Made by a program: the position numbers and the translations under genes | Virus record (IMG/VR): IMGVR_UViG_3300043331_002222 | Reading direction: 5' to 3' (one strand) | Origin: a virus | DNA: 64,000 bases | The notes under the pieces: model-generated | Database searches by the model: none | What the model was told of the DNA's origin: nothing | The model's input: only the letters and a program-made list of their open reading frames with translations | Shown here: piece by piece, positions 26,605-36,400 of the stretch | Numbering within the stretch: the stretch's first letter is position 1 | Layout of the letters: every line of letters begins with the position of its first letter

Positions 26605-27828
26605 ATGCGGGCGGTCGACTGCCAGGGGTTCGCCGGGGGCTTCACCACGGGGGTGGTCCGGGCCGGCTTCAAGCTGGTCCACAAGGCGGAGATGGCGGCC
26701 GGCTTTGGCGTCGTCAACTGCACCAGTAACCGTCACGTCCTCGGCTACGACTGGCAGGTGCAGACCTGCGACCCGAGCGAGTGGGAGCCCGTCGAGGCGG
26801 AGTTCGTCTTCGGCAACCCGCCCTGCTCGGGTTTCAGCCTGCTGTCCAACCGCTCCTTCAGGGGCGTCGACAGCCCGATCAACCACTGCATGCACGCTCT
26901 CGTGGGGTACGCGGGGGCGATCGACCCCCAGGTGATCGCCTTCGAGAGCGTCGCGCAGGCGTACAAGGAGGGGCTGCCGCTCATGCGTCAGCTCCACCAG
27001 AAACTGATGGCGCAGACCGGCCACGACGACTGGCAGCTGTACCACGTGCTCCACAACAACCTCTCGGTCGGTGGTTGCGCCGTACGGCGGCGCTACTTCT
27101 GGGTGGCCAGTCGCGTTCCGCTCGAGTTCAGCTACCCCGAGCTCTCGTACCTCCCCACCGTCCGTGACGCGATCCAGGACCTCGAGCACCTGGCGCTGAC
27201 GTGGGAACTCCAGCCGTATGGCAGCCCGGACTTCGGCACGAGGTGGAGCCGCCAGCTCCGTGCACCCGGCGGGTACACGGACGGCCACCACCCGCTCCCC
27301 GACGACACCGGTGACCGCCGGCTGTGGGCGCTCCGCGAGCACAGTGAGCCCTGGGAGGAGGGAGAGACCCTGCGGGACTGGGCGCGCCGGACCTACGACC
27401 GGTTGGGCACCCTCCCCGAGCCGTGGACCCAGCAGCAGCTGCAGCGCCACGTCGAGAAAGAGTGGGACGGGTTCGGGTTCCACCAGCCGAAGCGGTGGCG
27501 CTACGACCGGCAGGCCCACGTGATCACCGGTGGCAGCCCGGGCAGCGTCGTGCACCCGACACAGTACCGCCACCTGACCATGCGCGAAGTCGCCCGGATC
27601 ATGGGCTTCCCGGACACCTGGCGGATCGCGCCCTACCGTGACAGCAGGACCATGAAGGAGAGCTGGGGCAAGGGCATCCCCGTCCACAGCGGCCTGTGGC
27701 TGGCGCGCTGCGTGCGCGCTGCCCTGGAGGGACGGCAGCCCGAGGGTGAACTGGCACCACACCAACTGACGCTGGACCAAGAGCACATCGTCGACGTGAC
27801 CAAGCCCCACCTCCGGGAGGTAGCCTGA
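26605..27828 (+). CDS. C5-cytosine DNA methyltransferase-fold protein with atypical cofactor motifs
   Basis: Motif IV GNPPCSGFS, VI FESV, VIII RRRYF, IX REVARIMGFP, X GKGIP, motif I DCQGFAGGF. Confidence 0.85.
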   Translation: MRAVDCQGFAGGFTTGVVRAGFKLVHKAEMAAGFGVVNCTSNRHVLGYDWQVQTCDPSEWEPVEAEFVFGNPPCSGFSLLSNRSFRGVDSPINHCMHALVGYAGAIDPQVIAFESVAQAYKEGLPLMRQLHQKLMAQTGHDDWQLYHVLHNNLSVGGCAVRRRYFWVASRVPLEFSYPELSYLPTVRDAIQDLEHLALTWELQPYGSPDFGTRWSRQLRAPGGYTDGHHPLPDDTGDRRLWALREHSEPWEEGETLRDWARRTYDRLGTLPEPWTQQQLQRHVEKEWDGFGFHQPKRWRYDRQAHVITGGSPGSVVHPTQYRHLTMREVARIMGFPDTWRIAPYRDSRTMKESWGKGIPVHSGLWLARCVRAALEGRQPEGELAPHQLTLDQEHIVDVTKPHLREVA

Positions 27829-27832
27829 AGAC

Positions 27833-28189
27833 ATGAGCGAGACCACTACCACACCGACTGACCGCGGCCGTCCAACGACGGTCGTGCAGCGGGACCTGAT
27901 GGTGGCCCGCCTGCTCCACGAGGAACCGCGCCCACTGCAGCAGGTGGCCGACATCGTCGCCGCCGGAAGCTGGCGGACCGCCTATAACGCGGTCTGCCGC
28001 CTGCGAGAGCGAGGCCTGGCCGAGCTCCACCGGACCGGGAGCCGCACCCCAGTCTGGCGGCTGACCGACCAGGGCCGTGAGTGGCTGACGGACAACACCG
28101 CCGCGGTGATGCCGCCGCAGGAGTCGGTCCCGCCGGCTCCAGAAGGCGGGCCGATCGCCCAAGCCGCAGGGTTCTCGACCGTCTACTGA
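27833..28189 (+). CDS. Winged-HTH protein
   Basis: PLQQVADIV...AYNAVCRLRERGLAE...WRLTDQGR. Confidence 0.7.
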   Translation: MSETTTTPTDRGRPTTVVQRDLMVARLLHEEPRPLQQVADIVAAGSWRTAYNAVCRLRERGLAELHRTGSRTPVWRLTDQGREWLTDNTAAVMPPQESVPPAPEGGPIAQAAGFSTVY

Positions 28190-28208
28190 GAATTCTTCCA
28201 ACATTCAC

Positions 28209-28237
28209 TGGACACGGCCGCGGGCAGGCGGTAAGGT
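28209..28237 (+). promoter_or_regulatory. Promoter TGGACA-N17-TAAGGT
   Basis: Exact match; followed by GTGGACGAGACG. Confidence 0.75.
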
Positions 28238-28243
28238 GTCTTC

Positions 28244-28505
28244 GTGGACGAGACGAGGACCAGCCGGCAGCGCAAGGCCGATACCAGGTCTCCCGGGAAG
28301 ACGAGTACCGGGCCGGCTGACTGCCTCCCTTATCCTGGCCGCGGCCGCCAGAAGCCGCACAGTAGTCACCGGGACCCGCAGAACGGGGTCCCCAGTCCGG
28401 AGGGTATGGACCGGAACCGGCCACCGCGCCGAGACACCTACCCCCGAGCCCGTCCCGGTGGCTACGCAACTATGGACCCGGCTCCGTTCGCGAGCCGGGT
28501 CTTTC
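28244..28505 (+). ncRNA. Candidate structured RNA or long attenuator leader
   Basis: Several stems and a 10-bp terminator-like hairpin at 28475-28501 followed by TTT. Confidence 0.4.
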
Positions 28506-28527
28506 ACGTTCCCAACACGGAGATGAG

Positions 28528-29466
28528 ATGACAGACACACAGGCAGACCAGACCTTCACCTCGGTGGAGGTCCCGTGGATGAAGATCGGCACGCGGGTCG
28601 ACCAGGCGGTCACAGCCGCCGAGGCGATCGAGCTGGCCGGTCTGAACTGGGAGGCCGAGCGCCGCCCGGCCGGCTACGTCGGTAACGACGGCAGCTGGAA
28701 GGTCCACCCTAACCGGGTCGCGATCGTCCGAGGGGACACTGACGAGGTGCTCTCCAACCGGGCCGAGGCCTACGAGGTGGTCCAGTACCGCGAGGCGTTC
28801 GACTTCGTCGACCGCATCAACCCGAACTTCGTGAGCGCCGGCAGCCTCGTGGGAGGCAAGCAGGCGTTCATGGTGGTCCAGGCACCGGAGCACACCCGGC
28901 TGGACCTGCTCGACGGGGAAGACCCGCACGGGCTGTACATCGTCATGCGGACCAGCCACGACGCGAGCCGTGGCATCGAGGTCGCACTGCTCCCCCTTCG
29001 GGACAAGTGCATGAACCAGCTCCACCTCCCGTCGCTGACGCGGGGGTCACACCAGCGGATGAGCTTCCGGCACACCCGCAGCGTGCACCAGAAGCTGGAA
29101 CAGGCCTCGACCCTGTTCACCAACCTCGACGCCTACGCCGAGGAGGTCCAGGAGACCGCGAGCCAGCTGGCCGCGATCGACCTCGAGCTCGAAGAGGCCC
29201 GCGCGGTCCTCGACGAGGTCGTGCCGAAGGACCTGAAGAGCCGAGAGGCCCGCATCGACCGCATCGCCAGCCTCTACCAGAACTCACCCTTGAACGGCTA
29301 CGCCGGCAACGGGTGGGGGTTGGTCAACGCGGTCAGCGAGTACCACGAGTACCACCACGGGGGCGAGCGTCGGAACCCGGCGACCCGCTTCCTGCAGGGC
29401 ATGGAGAACGGCTCGACCAACGAGGCGGTCCACCGCACGGTGGCAGCCCTCCGCCGCCGGCGGTAG
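28528..29466 (+). CDS. DUF932 / TIGR03299-type phage protein
   Basis: AIELAGLNWE, YEVVQYREAFDF, AGSLVGGKQAF, TSHDAS..C.N, WGLVNAVSEY. Confidence 0.85.
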   Translation: MTDTQADQTFTSVEVPWMKIGTRVDQAVTAAEAIELAGLNWEAERRPAGYVGNDGSWKVHPNRVAIVRGDTDEVLSNRAEAYEVVQYREAFDFVDRINPNFVSAGSLVGGKQAFMVVQAPEHTRLDLLDGEDPHGLYIVMRTSHDASRGIEVALLPLRDKCMNQLHLPSLTRGSHQRMSFRHTRSVHQKLEQASTLFTNLDAYAEEVQETASQLAAIDLELEEARAVLDEVVPKDLKSREARIDRIASLYQNSPLNGYAGNGWGLVNAVSEYHEYHHGGERRNPATRFLQGMENGSTNEAVHRTVAALRRRR

Positions 29467-29508
29467 GCTGGTTCCATCCCCAGCTGGCCCAGTCGGGTCC
29501 GCTAGCGA

Positions 29509-29536
29509 AAGGAGGCCCCGGCAACGGGGCCTCCTT
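29509..29536. terminator. Bidirectional hairpin terminator between convergent blocks
   Basis: AAGGAGGCCCCG-GCAA-CGGGGCCTCCTT. Confidence 0.8.
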
Positions 29537-29603
29537 CCGTCTCTGGTATCACGTCACCGCTGTGCCCGTGGTGGAACCTCGCGTGACTGAGTGGCTACAG
29601 CCC

Positions 29604-29852
29604 CTACGCCTGTGCCGGCTCTAGGACTCGCAGCTCGTGCAACTTGAACCACGAGACCTGGTCACTGCCGTGTAGGCTGCCGTCCGGTCTCGACCGGGTC
29701 GCGCCGAACACGACACCCCACTCCTTGTCGGTCCGGTTCACCTGGACGACGATCCCCTCGCGGCCGCGGTACTGCTTCCACGAACCTCTCGGTGGCCAGA
29801 GCTTCTCGTCGCGCTCGATCCGGACTCGGTCTCCTACTCGTGGCTGGGCCAT
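29604..29852 (-). CDS. Small SH3/KOW-like protein
   Basis: RVGDRVRI...YRGREGIV...EWGV...SWF...EL. Confidence 0.65.
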   Translation of the reverse strand: MAQPRVGDRVRIERDEKLWPPRGSWKQYRGREGIVVQVNRTDKEWGVVFGATRSRPDGSLHGSDQVSWFKLHELRVLEPAQA

Positions 29853-29869
29853 GGCGAGATCTTACCTCG

Positions 29870-30259
29870 TCAGGCTGCCATGGGTGTACTGGTGCCAATC
29901 GGCGGCGCGACCGAGGGGAGGGTCGCGTTCAGCCCTCCGCTCCTGGCCGTGAGCGGGTTGTAGATCCCGAGGTAGGTCCCGATCGCGGTAGCAGTCACGA
30001 TCGCCCACTGCAGAGCGTGGGCCTGGCTGATGACCGCGACACCGTCGCTCTGGACGGCGTTCTGGATCAGGTTGCCCAGCTCCGAGACTGCGACCGCGAC
30101 TGTGGCCTTGACCCAGGGTGGGTTCTCCGGCCGCATCAGCAGCCCGACCGCGAGCGGCACGATGAGACCGGTCAGGATCGTGACGAGGGTGTTGTTGATG
30201 GTGAACCAGGCGCCCGCCGGAGCGTCCGGCACGGGCGTCTGGAGGATCAGTGACAGCAT
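29870..30259 (-). CDS. Probable holin
   Basis: ILTGLIVPLAVGLL..VKATVAV; multiple TM segments at the end of the tail module. Confidence 0.65.
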   Translation of the reverse strand: MLSLILQTPVPDAPAGAWFTINNTLVTILTGLIVPLAVGLLMRPENPPWVKATVAVAVSELGNLIQNAVQSDGVAVISQAHALQWAIVTATAIGTYLGIYNPLTARSGGLNATLPSVAPPIGTSTPMAA

Positions 30260-30269
30260 GCAGCTCTCC

Positions 30270-30704
30270 TTATCCACTCGGTGCGACCTCGCAGCCACGG
30301 AGCGTGGTCTGGAGGTCGTCTGCTAGGTCGCAGATCAGCTCGCGGATCGCGGGGACCTGGGCGACCGCTCGGTTGATGGCCTCGGTCTGAGCCTGCTCCT
30401 CGGGAGTGACCTCCTGGAGGTCGTCGACGAAGGCCTTGAGCTCTCGGATCTGGTCAGCGTTCTCGTTGCTGACCCGGGTCTGCTCGGCGTCGTTCTCCTG
30501 GACGGCGTCCACGCTGTCATCCAGGCGCAGCACCAGGAGGAGGAGCCCGACGACGAGGACCCCGATGAGCGCTAGCACAGCGTACACCCAGCGGATCGAC
30601 CGCCACGTGCCGCCGGCTACCGTCTGGACGCTGCCCGCTGCGGCCTCGACCTTGTCGGCCGCCGCCTCGATCCGTTCACTTGGCCTGCGTGGTGTCTCTG
30701 CCAT
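30270..30704 (-). CDS. Membrane protein with coiled coil (lysis module)
   Basis: One TM helix followed by a heptad-rich segment. Confidence 0.6.
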   Translation of the reverse strand: MAETPRRPSERIEAAADKVEAAAGSVQTVAGGTWRSIRWVYAVLALIGVLVVGLLLLVLRLDDSVDAVQENDAEQTRVSNENADQIRELKAFVDDLQEVTPEEQAQTEAINRAVAQVPAIRELICDLADDLQTTLRGCEVAPSG

Positions 30705-30945
30705 CTATATCGTCCTTGCGCTTTGGGAACTTCGGCAGTCCCTCGCGGTACGCCCAGCCGGCGATGATCAGCACCAGACCAGTCACCTTCGTGTCGACCG
30801 CGTAGGTGTCGCTCGCCATGTCGACGATGAAGCTGACCGACCAGAGGCCCGAGACGACGTACGCGAAGATGAGCGCGAACCGCTGCCGCCCGTTCTGCGC
30901 CACGCGTCTACCACGTGCTGAAGAAAGGGTGAACCACGAACGCAC
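30676..30945 (-). CDS. Two-TM membrane protein (lysis module)
   Basis: Two hydrophobic helices; start uncertain. Confidence 0.55.
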   Translation of the reverse strand: MRSWFTLSSARGRRVAQNGRQRFALIFAYVVSGLWSVSFIVDMASDTYAVDTKVTGLVLIIAGWAYREGLPKFPKRKDDIDGRDTTQAK

Positions 30946-31008
30946 CGATCGAGACGAAGGCGAGCGCTTTCGCGAGCTCGATCAGCACCTCGATCGCCCC
31001 CGGATCGG

Positions 31009-32067
31009 TCACGGTGTCCTCCTTACCCGCTTCTCGTACTCGATAGCCCAGGACCACGCTTCGGCCCACTGCCAGGCCTGGTCCTCGAGCACGAACTGCT
31101 CTTTGACCGCGGCCCGGCCGGCTTCGCTCTGCTCGATCCTGAACCGCTCGTCACGCAGCAGCTTCTTGAGGCAGCCCTCCCACTGCTTGGGCTTCTCGGC
31201 GAGCAGCCCGACCCCGCTCTCGCGCTGCAGCAGCGTGTACTCCTCTCGGGGGCTCATCACGACCGGCACGCCACAGGCCATCGCCTCGAGGGGCTTGAGC
31301 CAGCTCTTCGCCGCGTTGAACGAGGTGTCAGCGAGCGGGGCGATCGTCACCCCGCTCTTCGCGACCTCTACCGGCCAGTAGTCGAACTCGACGGTGCCGA
31401 CGGCGGGGACGGACCGACCGTCCAGGCCGAGCGCATCGTCCACGCCGACGCCCGAGCCGATGACCTGGAACTCGGCTCCATCCCGGACCAGACTCCAGAT
31501 AGAAGGACCGAGGACCGACAGGTCGTCCGGGTGAGAGTGCAGGCTGCCGCACCACGTGATCCGCTTCCCGTCACGGTGGGGCACCTCGAGGAAGTGCTTG
31601 GGCACGTAGTTGTGTAGCACCCGGCCCCGCCCGTGCGGTGCGTAGCGCTGCAGAAGTTGCTCGGTCGAGCAGGTGACTAAGGTCGCGTCACGGCACGCCT
31701 GCTGGGCGGCTAGCCAGTTGTGCGCTGTGTTCGACTTCGGGTGCATAGCCGCGAACGCAGGGTTGCGGGGGTGGATGCGGGCTAGGTCGTCGTCCATGTC
31801 GATGATGACCGCCACGCCCTGGGCTCGGATGAGTGGGACCGCCTGCGAGATCAACGTGAACGTGGGCCGTTGGATCACGACCGCCGTAGCGTCACTGGGG
31901 ACGATCGCCCGGCGCATCCGGCCGTGCTGGTCGACGAAACCACCGAACATCGAGCGGTCACCGGGCACGACCACCTCGATCTCGATCCCCTCGGCCGCTC
32001 GGCCTGGCCACAGTAGCCGGTAGTGGCCACAGGCCCACATGTCCGATGGGTAGACGTAGACCTTCAT
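31009..32067 (-). CDS. GT-B (family 4-like) glycosyltransferase
   Basis: CGHYRLLWP, IIDMDDDL, VTCSTEQL, IAPLADTSFNAAKSWLKPLEAMACGVPVVMS. Confidence 0.88.
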   Translation of the reverse strand: MKVYVYPSDMWACGHYRLLWPGRAAEGIEIEVVVPGDRSMFGGFVDQHGRMRRAIVPSDATAVVIQRPTFTLISQAVPLIRAQGVAVIIDMDDDLARIHPRNPAFAAMHPKSNTAHNWLAAQQACRDATLVTCSTEQLLQRYAPHGRGRVLHNYVPKHFLEVPHRDGKRITWCGSLHSHPDDLSVLGPSIWSLVRDGAEFQVIGSGVGVDDALGLDGRSVPAVGTVEFDYWPVEVAKSGVTIAPLADTSFNAAKSWLKPLEAMACGVPVVMSPREEYTLLQRESGVGLLAEKPKQWEGCLKKLLRDERFRIEQSEAGRAAVKEQFVLEDQAWQWAEAWSWAIEYEKRVRRTP

Positions 32068-32342
32068 CCCGTGTCGAACTTCCCGATGATCCAGAACTGG
32101 TGCGGTGGGGTGAACACTACCGCGACCTGGTCACCCACCGCCAAGGCCGTGCCCGTGGTGACGTCGTGAGCCGGGACCGTGTCGAGCTCGCCGTCGAGCA
32201 GCACCTCGTGGATGCCGGTCTCTGGCGTGTCTAGCTCCTGCAAGCTGGCGCCCAGGAACTTCGCCTGCACGATCTGCGCCTGGACCCGCTCGAGGACGAT
32301 CTCGACGAGGGCCTCGAGGAACTGCTGGTCGATCGAGCTCAC
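32064..32342 (-). CDS. Small minor tail protein
   Basis: Position; LAVGDQVAVVF...WIIG. Confidence 0.6.
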   Translation of the reverse strand: MSSIDQQFLEALVEIVLERVQAQIVQAKFLGASLQELDTPETGIHEVLLDGELDTVPAHDVTTGTALAVGDQVAVVFTPPHQFWIIGKFDTG

Positions 32343-33451
32343 ACGAGCTCCTCCGGTGGGTAGGTCTGGTAGGCCGTGTGACGCATCGCGCTGCCCTCGT
32401 TCAGGGTCATCGTCCAGGCTCCCTCGAGGAAGCGCACGGCCTCGATCTCGAGCGTGTTGTAGTGATCGTGACGGGGGTCGTGCGGCCCTGAGAAGTCCAC
32501 GGTCTGCACCGCGAACCGGAACTCCCGAGCGATCCGGGTCGCAGCGATGGTCGCCTGGATCTTGGTCTCGATTCCCTGGAGCTGCTCACTGTGAGCGACC
32601 ACGTACCCTCGGTTGGCCGCCGAGTGTGGCGCAGAAGCTGGCACGCTGTAGCTGCCGACCACGTTCGCACCCGAGGCTCCCGAGCCGATCACGATGAACT
32701 TGTTCGGCAGCTGGAGCAGGTCGTCACTGAAGACGAGGGTGGGCCGGTAGATCCGGGGCGGACTGCTGTAGTCGAGCACGTCCGCCTGGTCGGTGGTCAG
32801 CGCGTCCGGGAACGGGTGTGACTGGCCCACGCCCGCGTTGTCGAAGTACAGGTCCGTGTACCCGATCATCGCCGCGAGCTCGTTGAAGATCCGCATCCGG
32901 TTGGTGCCGGCTGGCCACCCGATCCCCTCCTTGGAGTGCAGGACGTAGGCGGCCGGCACAACGTTGACGACGATCGGCAGGCCAGCGAGGATCTGCACCA
33001 TGCTCGTGGTGATGTTCGCGTTCGGCCGGACCGCGAACATCGAGGGAGTCGGCTGGTCGACGATCAGCCCCTGGTCCACCAGGTCGAAGTGCCCAGCGTG
33101 CAAGTCACGGGTCCCCGCCGGGTGGGACAGTAGCGGGCTCGAGAGCGGTTCGTGGGTCGACGAGGTGAACAAGAACCAGCCCTGTGGCCAGGCCGTACTG
33201 TCCTCGGTGATCATCTCGAGGAGGAGCCGGTCGCTGAGGGTGTTCACGTCGTGCATGGTGCCCGGCGGCAGGTTGACCCGGGTCAAGGTCCGCTTCACCG
33301 TCCGGCTGGTGTCGACGGACAAGCTGGGCGCCTGGTCCCGGTTGACCGGGAGCTCCCCCAGGTGCGAGCCGAGCTTGTCGGTCAGGGTGAAGCGCCAGGT
33401 GGACTGCCGCTGGCTACGCCCGAACAGGTCCAGTAGTTCGGTGGCGGACAC
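32339..33451 (-). CDS. Minor tail (hub/baseplate) protein
   Basis: Position after the large tail protein; WPQGWF, LPNKFIV, PHSAANRG, HDPRHDHY. Confidence 0.75.
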   Translation of the reverse strand: MSATELLDLFGRSQRQSTWRFTLTDKLGSHLGELPVNRDQAPSLSVDTSRTVKRTLTRVNLPPGTMHDVNTLSDRLLLEMITEDSTAWPQGWFLFTSSTHEPLSSPLLSHPAGTRDLHAGHFDLVDQGLIVDQPTPSMFAVRPNANITTSMVQILAGLPIVVNVVPAAYVLHSKEGIGWPAGTNRMRIFNELAAMIGYTDLYFDNAGVGQSHPFPDALTTDQADVLDYSSPPRIYRPTLVFSDDLLQLPNKFIVIGSGASGANVVGSYSVPASAPHSAANRGYVVAHSEQLQGIETKIQATIAATRIAREFRFAVQTVDFSGPHDPRHDHYNTLEIEAVRFLEGAWTMTLNEGSAMRHTAYQTYPPEELV

Positions 33452-36400
33452 CTAGGCCCCGCTCACCACGCTGGCGAGGATGGGCTCGGCGAGCTCGACG
33501 ACCTCGATGTTCGCGGTCCACAGGTCCGGCATGTCGGGACTCGAGAACTGGGTCACGGTCGGCACGTTCAGGCTGGCGTACCACGAGTTGCCGCACGTGT
33601 CCCTGACCACGAGGAAGTCGACCGGGGCCGTCATCAGGTCACGGAGCGGTCGCACCGCCTCGAGGCAGGGCACCTCGTTCTGGCACAGGGGGCTGACTAG
33701 CAGGGTCCGGTTGAACGCGACCCCGAGCTTCTCGGCCGGCCGGAACGCGAGCTGGTTGTCACGGCCATAGACCGCCTGGAGGGTGAGCTGGTCGGCGTCG
33801 AGGAGCGTGTACTCCCGAGTGGTCGGCAACCGGGTGTGAGCCTCGTTGTACGCGGCGTTGAGCTCGGGCATGTCCGGTGCGGTGAAGATCAGGTCCACGC
33901 CCTCGGGCGCGGGCACGGTCGTGCAGACCTCGGGTGACCAGTCACTGATCGAGCCGTCGGCCCGGCCCTGACGGATGCGGTAGCAGGCCGGGACGCCGTA
34001 GGGGACGGACCAGTCGTCGTAGCAGCTCGGCAGGAACTCAGCGACGTTCGACAGGACCACGACCTTCAGGTGGTAGTCCCAGGGCGGGCTAGCACCAGCG
34101 GTCTGCGGGATGATGACGCTCTGCTCACCGTCGTTGAGCACTGGCCTGATCCAGGCCAGCAGGCGCACGAACTGCTGGTTCGTGTCGCCCATGTCGACGA
34201 TCGTGGTCCAGGTCCCAGAGTGAGGCGAGGGCGGCGTGATGCTGGCCGTGTCACCGGCTCCGGTCCCGAACAGCGCGAGCAGGTGCTGCCCCCGCTTCGC
34301 GAAGACTGAGCACCCGATCGAGGTTCCGTCGAACGCCGGCAGTGCGGTGGCGACCTGCTCGATGACGGGCGGTCCGTCGTCACCGCGCACCAGGACCGAC
34401 ATCGCGGACCACAGGCTCGCCGGGATCACAGTGGCCGCCTTGGGCGGGGTAGCTCCGGCCGGGACCTGCTGCCACGAGGTGACGGAGCTGGTGCGACCCG
34501 AACCGCTCGCGTTCTCCAGCTCGTGGTCCGTGACGATGCTCGGCGACCCGGTGACCGCCCACGTGTTCGCGACGGCGATCGACTCGGCGCAGTCGTCCTG
34601 GAACGAGGTGGTCCCCGGCAGCAGGCTGTGGAAGTCCGGTGCAGCGATGACGGAGGCCTTCGGCCCGTCGATCTGGTTGCGGACCTCGACGTACCGGAAC
34701 AGCGTCGGCGTCCAGCTGGTATTACCGGGCGGAGTGCCTACGAGCAATGGAGCAGTCGAGTTGAAGATGTTGATCGTCCCGGCGGTCGTGACTGTGGCAC
34801 CCAACTGCGTCCAGACGATCCCGTTGTCCGACGTGTAGAACTTCACGACGTGGTTGCCCAGCCCGTCGTCGGCATCGACCGTACACCTGATCCAGTGCCA
34901 CGTCCCGTTGGTGAAACCGGTCGCCACAGTCGAAAGCCGGAGGTTGATCGTGCTCCCGTTGGTCGTGTAGAGGAAGGTGAGCGCCCCGGTCGCGAGGACG
35001 ACGAAGCCCCAGCCGACGTTGCTGGGTACTTCTCCCTGCCCGGCGATCGACTCCGAGTCGAGCACGGTACCGGGCGTCCAGTCCGCGAGGTTGACGTAGG
35101 CCCGGACGTCCAGGTCGGTGACCTCGAACTCCGCTCGGTTGGGCGCGATGAAGGCGGACGGGCTACCGGTCGTAGCCGGGACGGAGAGCGCGGTTCCGAG
35201 GGGGTTCATCCCAGTCCCGGTGACGTTCCACCCGAACGGCGCACCGAACGCGTGCCAGTGGCAGAACAGCAGCTCGTCACCCTCGGCGATCACTGACGGT
35301 GCGATCACCAGCGTCTCGCTGGTGTCGTCCTCGTGGTCGGACGCGCCGACCGCGGTCACGCTCACCTCGTCGGGTGTGATGATAGCGACGGTCTTACCGG
35401 CCTGGTCCCCGACCCGGCGCTCCAGCTCGTAGAACGAGAAGTCCTCACCCAGCTCGGTGGGTGACCAGCAGATCCGGGGGTAGGTGATCTCCGGGACGTC
35501 GCAGTCAGCGCAAATCGGCACGATCGGTTCGAGGCTGAAGTTGTCGAACACGAGGCTGGCCGTGTCACCTGCTTCGTCGAACTGGAAGCTGGCGCCCAGC
35601 CCGGTCAGCCCGTCCTTGAATGAGTCATCGACCGCCTCGACGTGCAGTGGACCGGTCGACCCGGACGAGTGGGTGAACGTCGCGCTGATCCGCGGCCCCT
35701 GGACCTCCACGGTCAGGTGCCCGGGCAGCGCGACGGTCGAGGCGAAGTCCGAGTCGATGACGGTGACGTTGGCTCGGCCGTCGACCTTAAAGATGATCAG
35801 GTGCCAGACCACTCCCCCGACGAAGATGGTGTCGCTCTTACCGACCGCGACGGCGTACCCGCGGTAGTCATCACCGTCGTCGGTCAACCGAGCGCGCACC
35901 ACGGCCCCGATGTCGACGATCCAAGCACCACTCAACAGTGGGTCCTCGAGCGAGTCCACGTCCAGCTGGACCCGGACGTCCGGGCTGGTCACGGTCGGTT
36001 GGGGGAACTGCAGGTCCTCGTAGGTCCCGGGGGCGATCGGGCTGTCCGTGTGCAGGATGATGTCGGCGTTCGTGCTGAGCGACCAGCTGTTACCGACCGT
36101 GTCGTCGAACAGGGTGTCCCCGACGACCTGGTCCTGGAAGCTAGGGTCGGCCCGCAAGTCGGTCGCGGCCAGCCCGGCGTAGACCCGGACCCGGTCGATG
36201 TAGCCGATGAACGGTTCACTGGAGGTCGAGTTGAAGCCACCGACCCGGGCTGGAGCCGTGCCCGCGAAGATCGAGGTGACGCCGGCGGTCACCCGCTCGG
36301 CAAGGAACGTGAAGCCGTCCTCGAACTTATCCGCTGTGTAGAACCGGACGGTGTGACCGCCCGCACCGTTGTCGACGTCGATCGCTACCCGGACCGCGAC

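Noticed and set aside
28244-28531. 95-aa ORF as a confident protein gene
   Set aside because: Arg/Pro/Gly-rich with no hydrophobic core and overlaps strong RNA stems; treated as an RNA candidate, though translation is not excluded
29855-29890. Promoter for 29604..29852 (TAAGAT 6 nt before ATG)
   Set aside because: The -10 box and spacing fit, but there is no TGGAC[A/G]-like -35 at 17-19 nt; not listed as a feature
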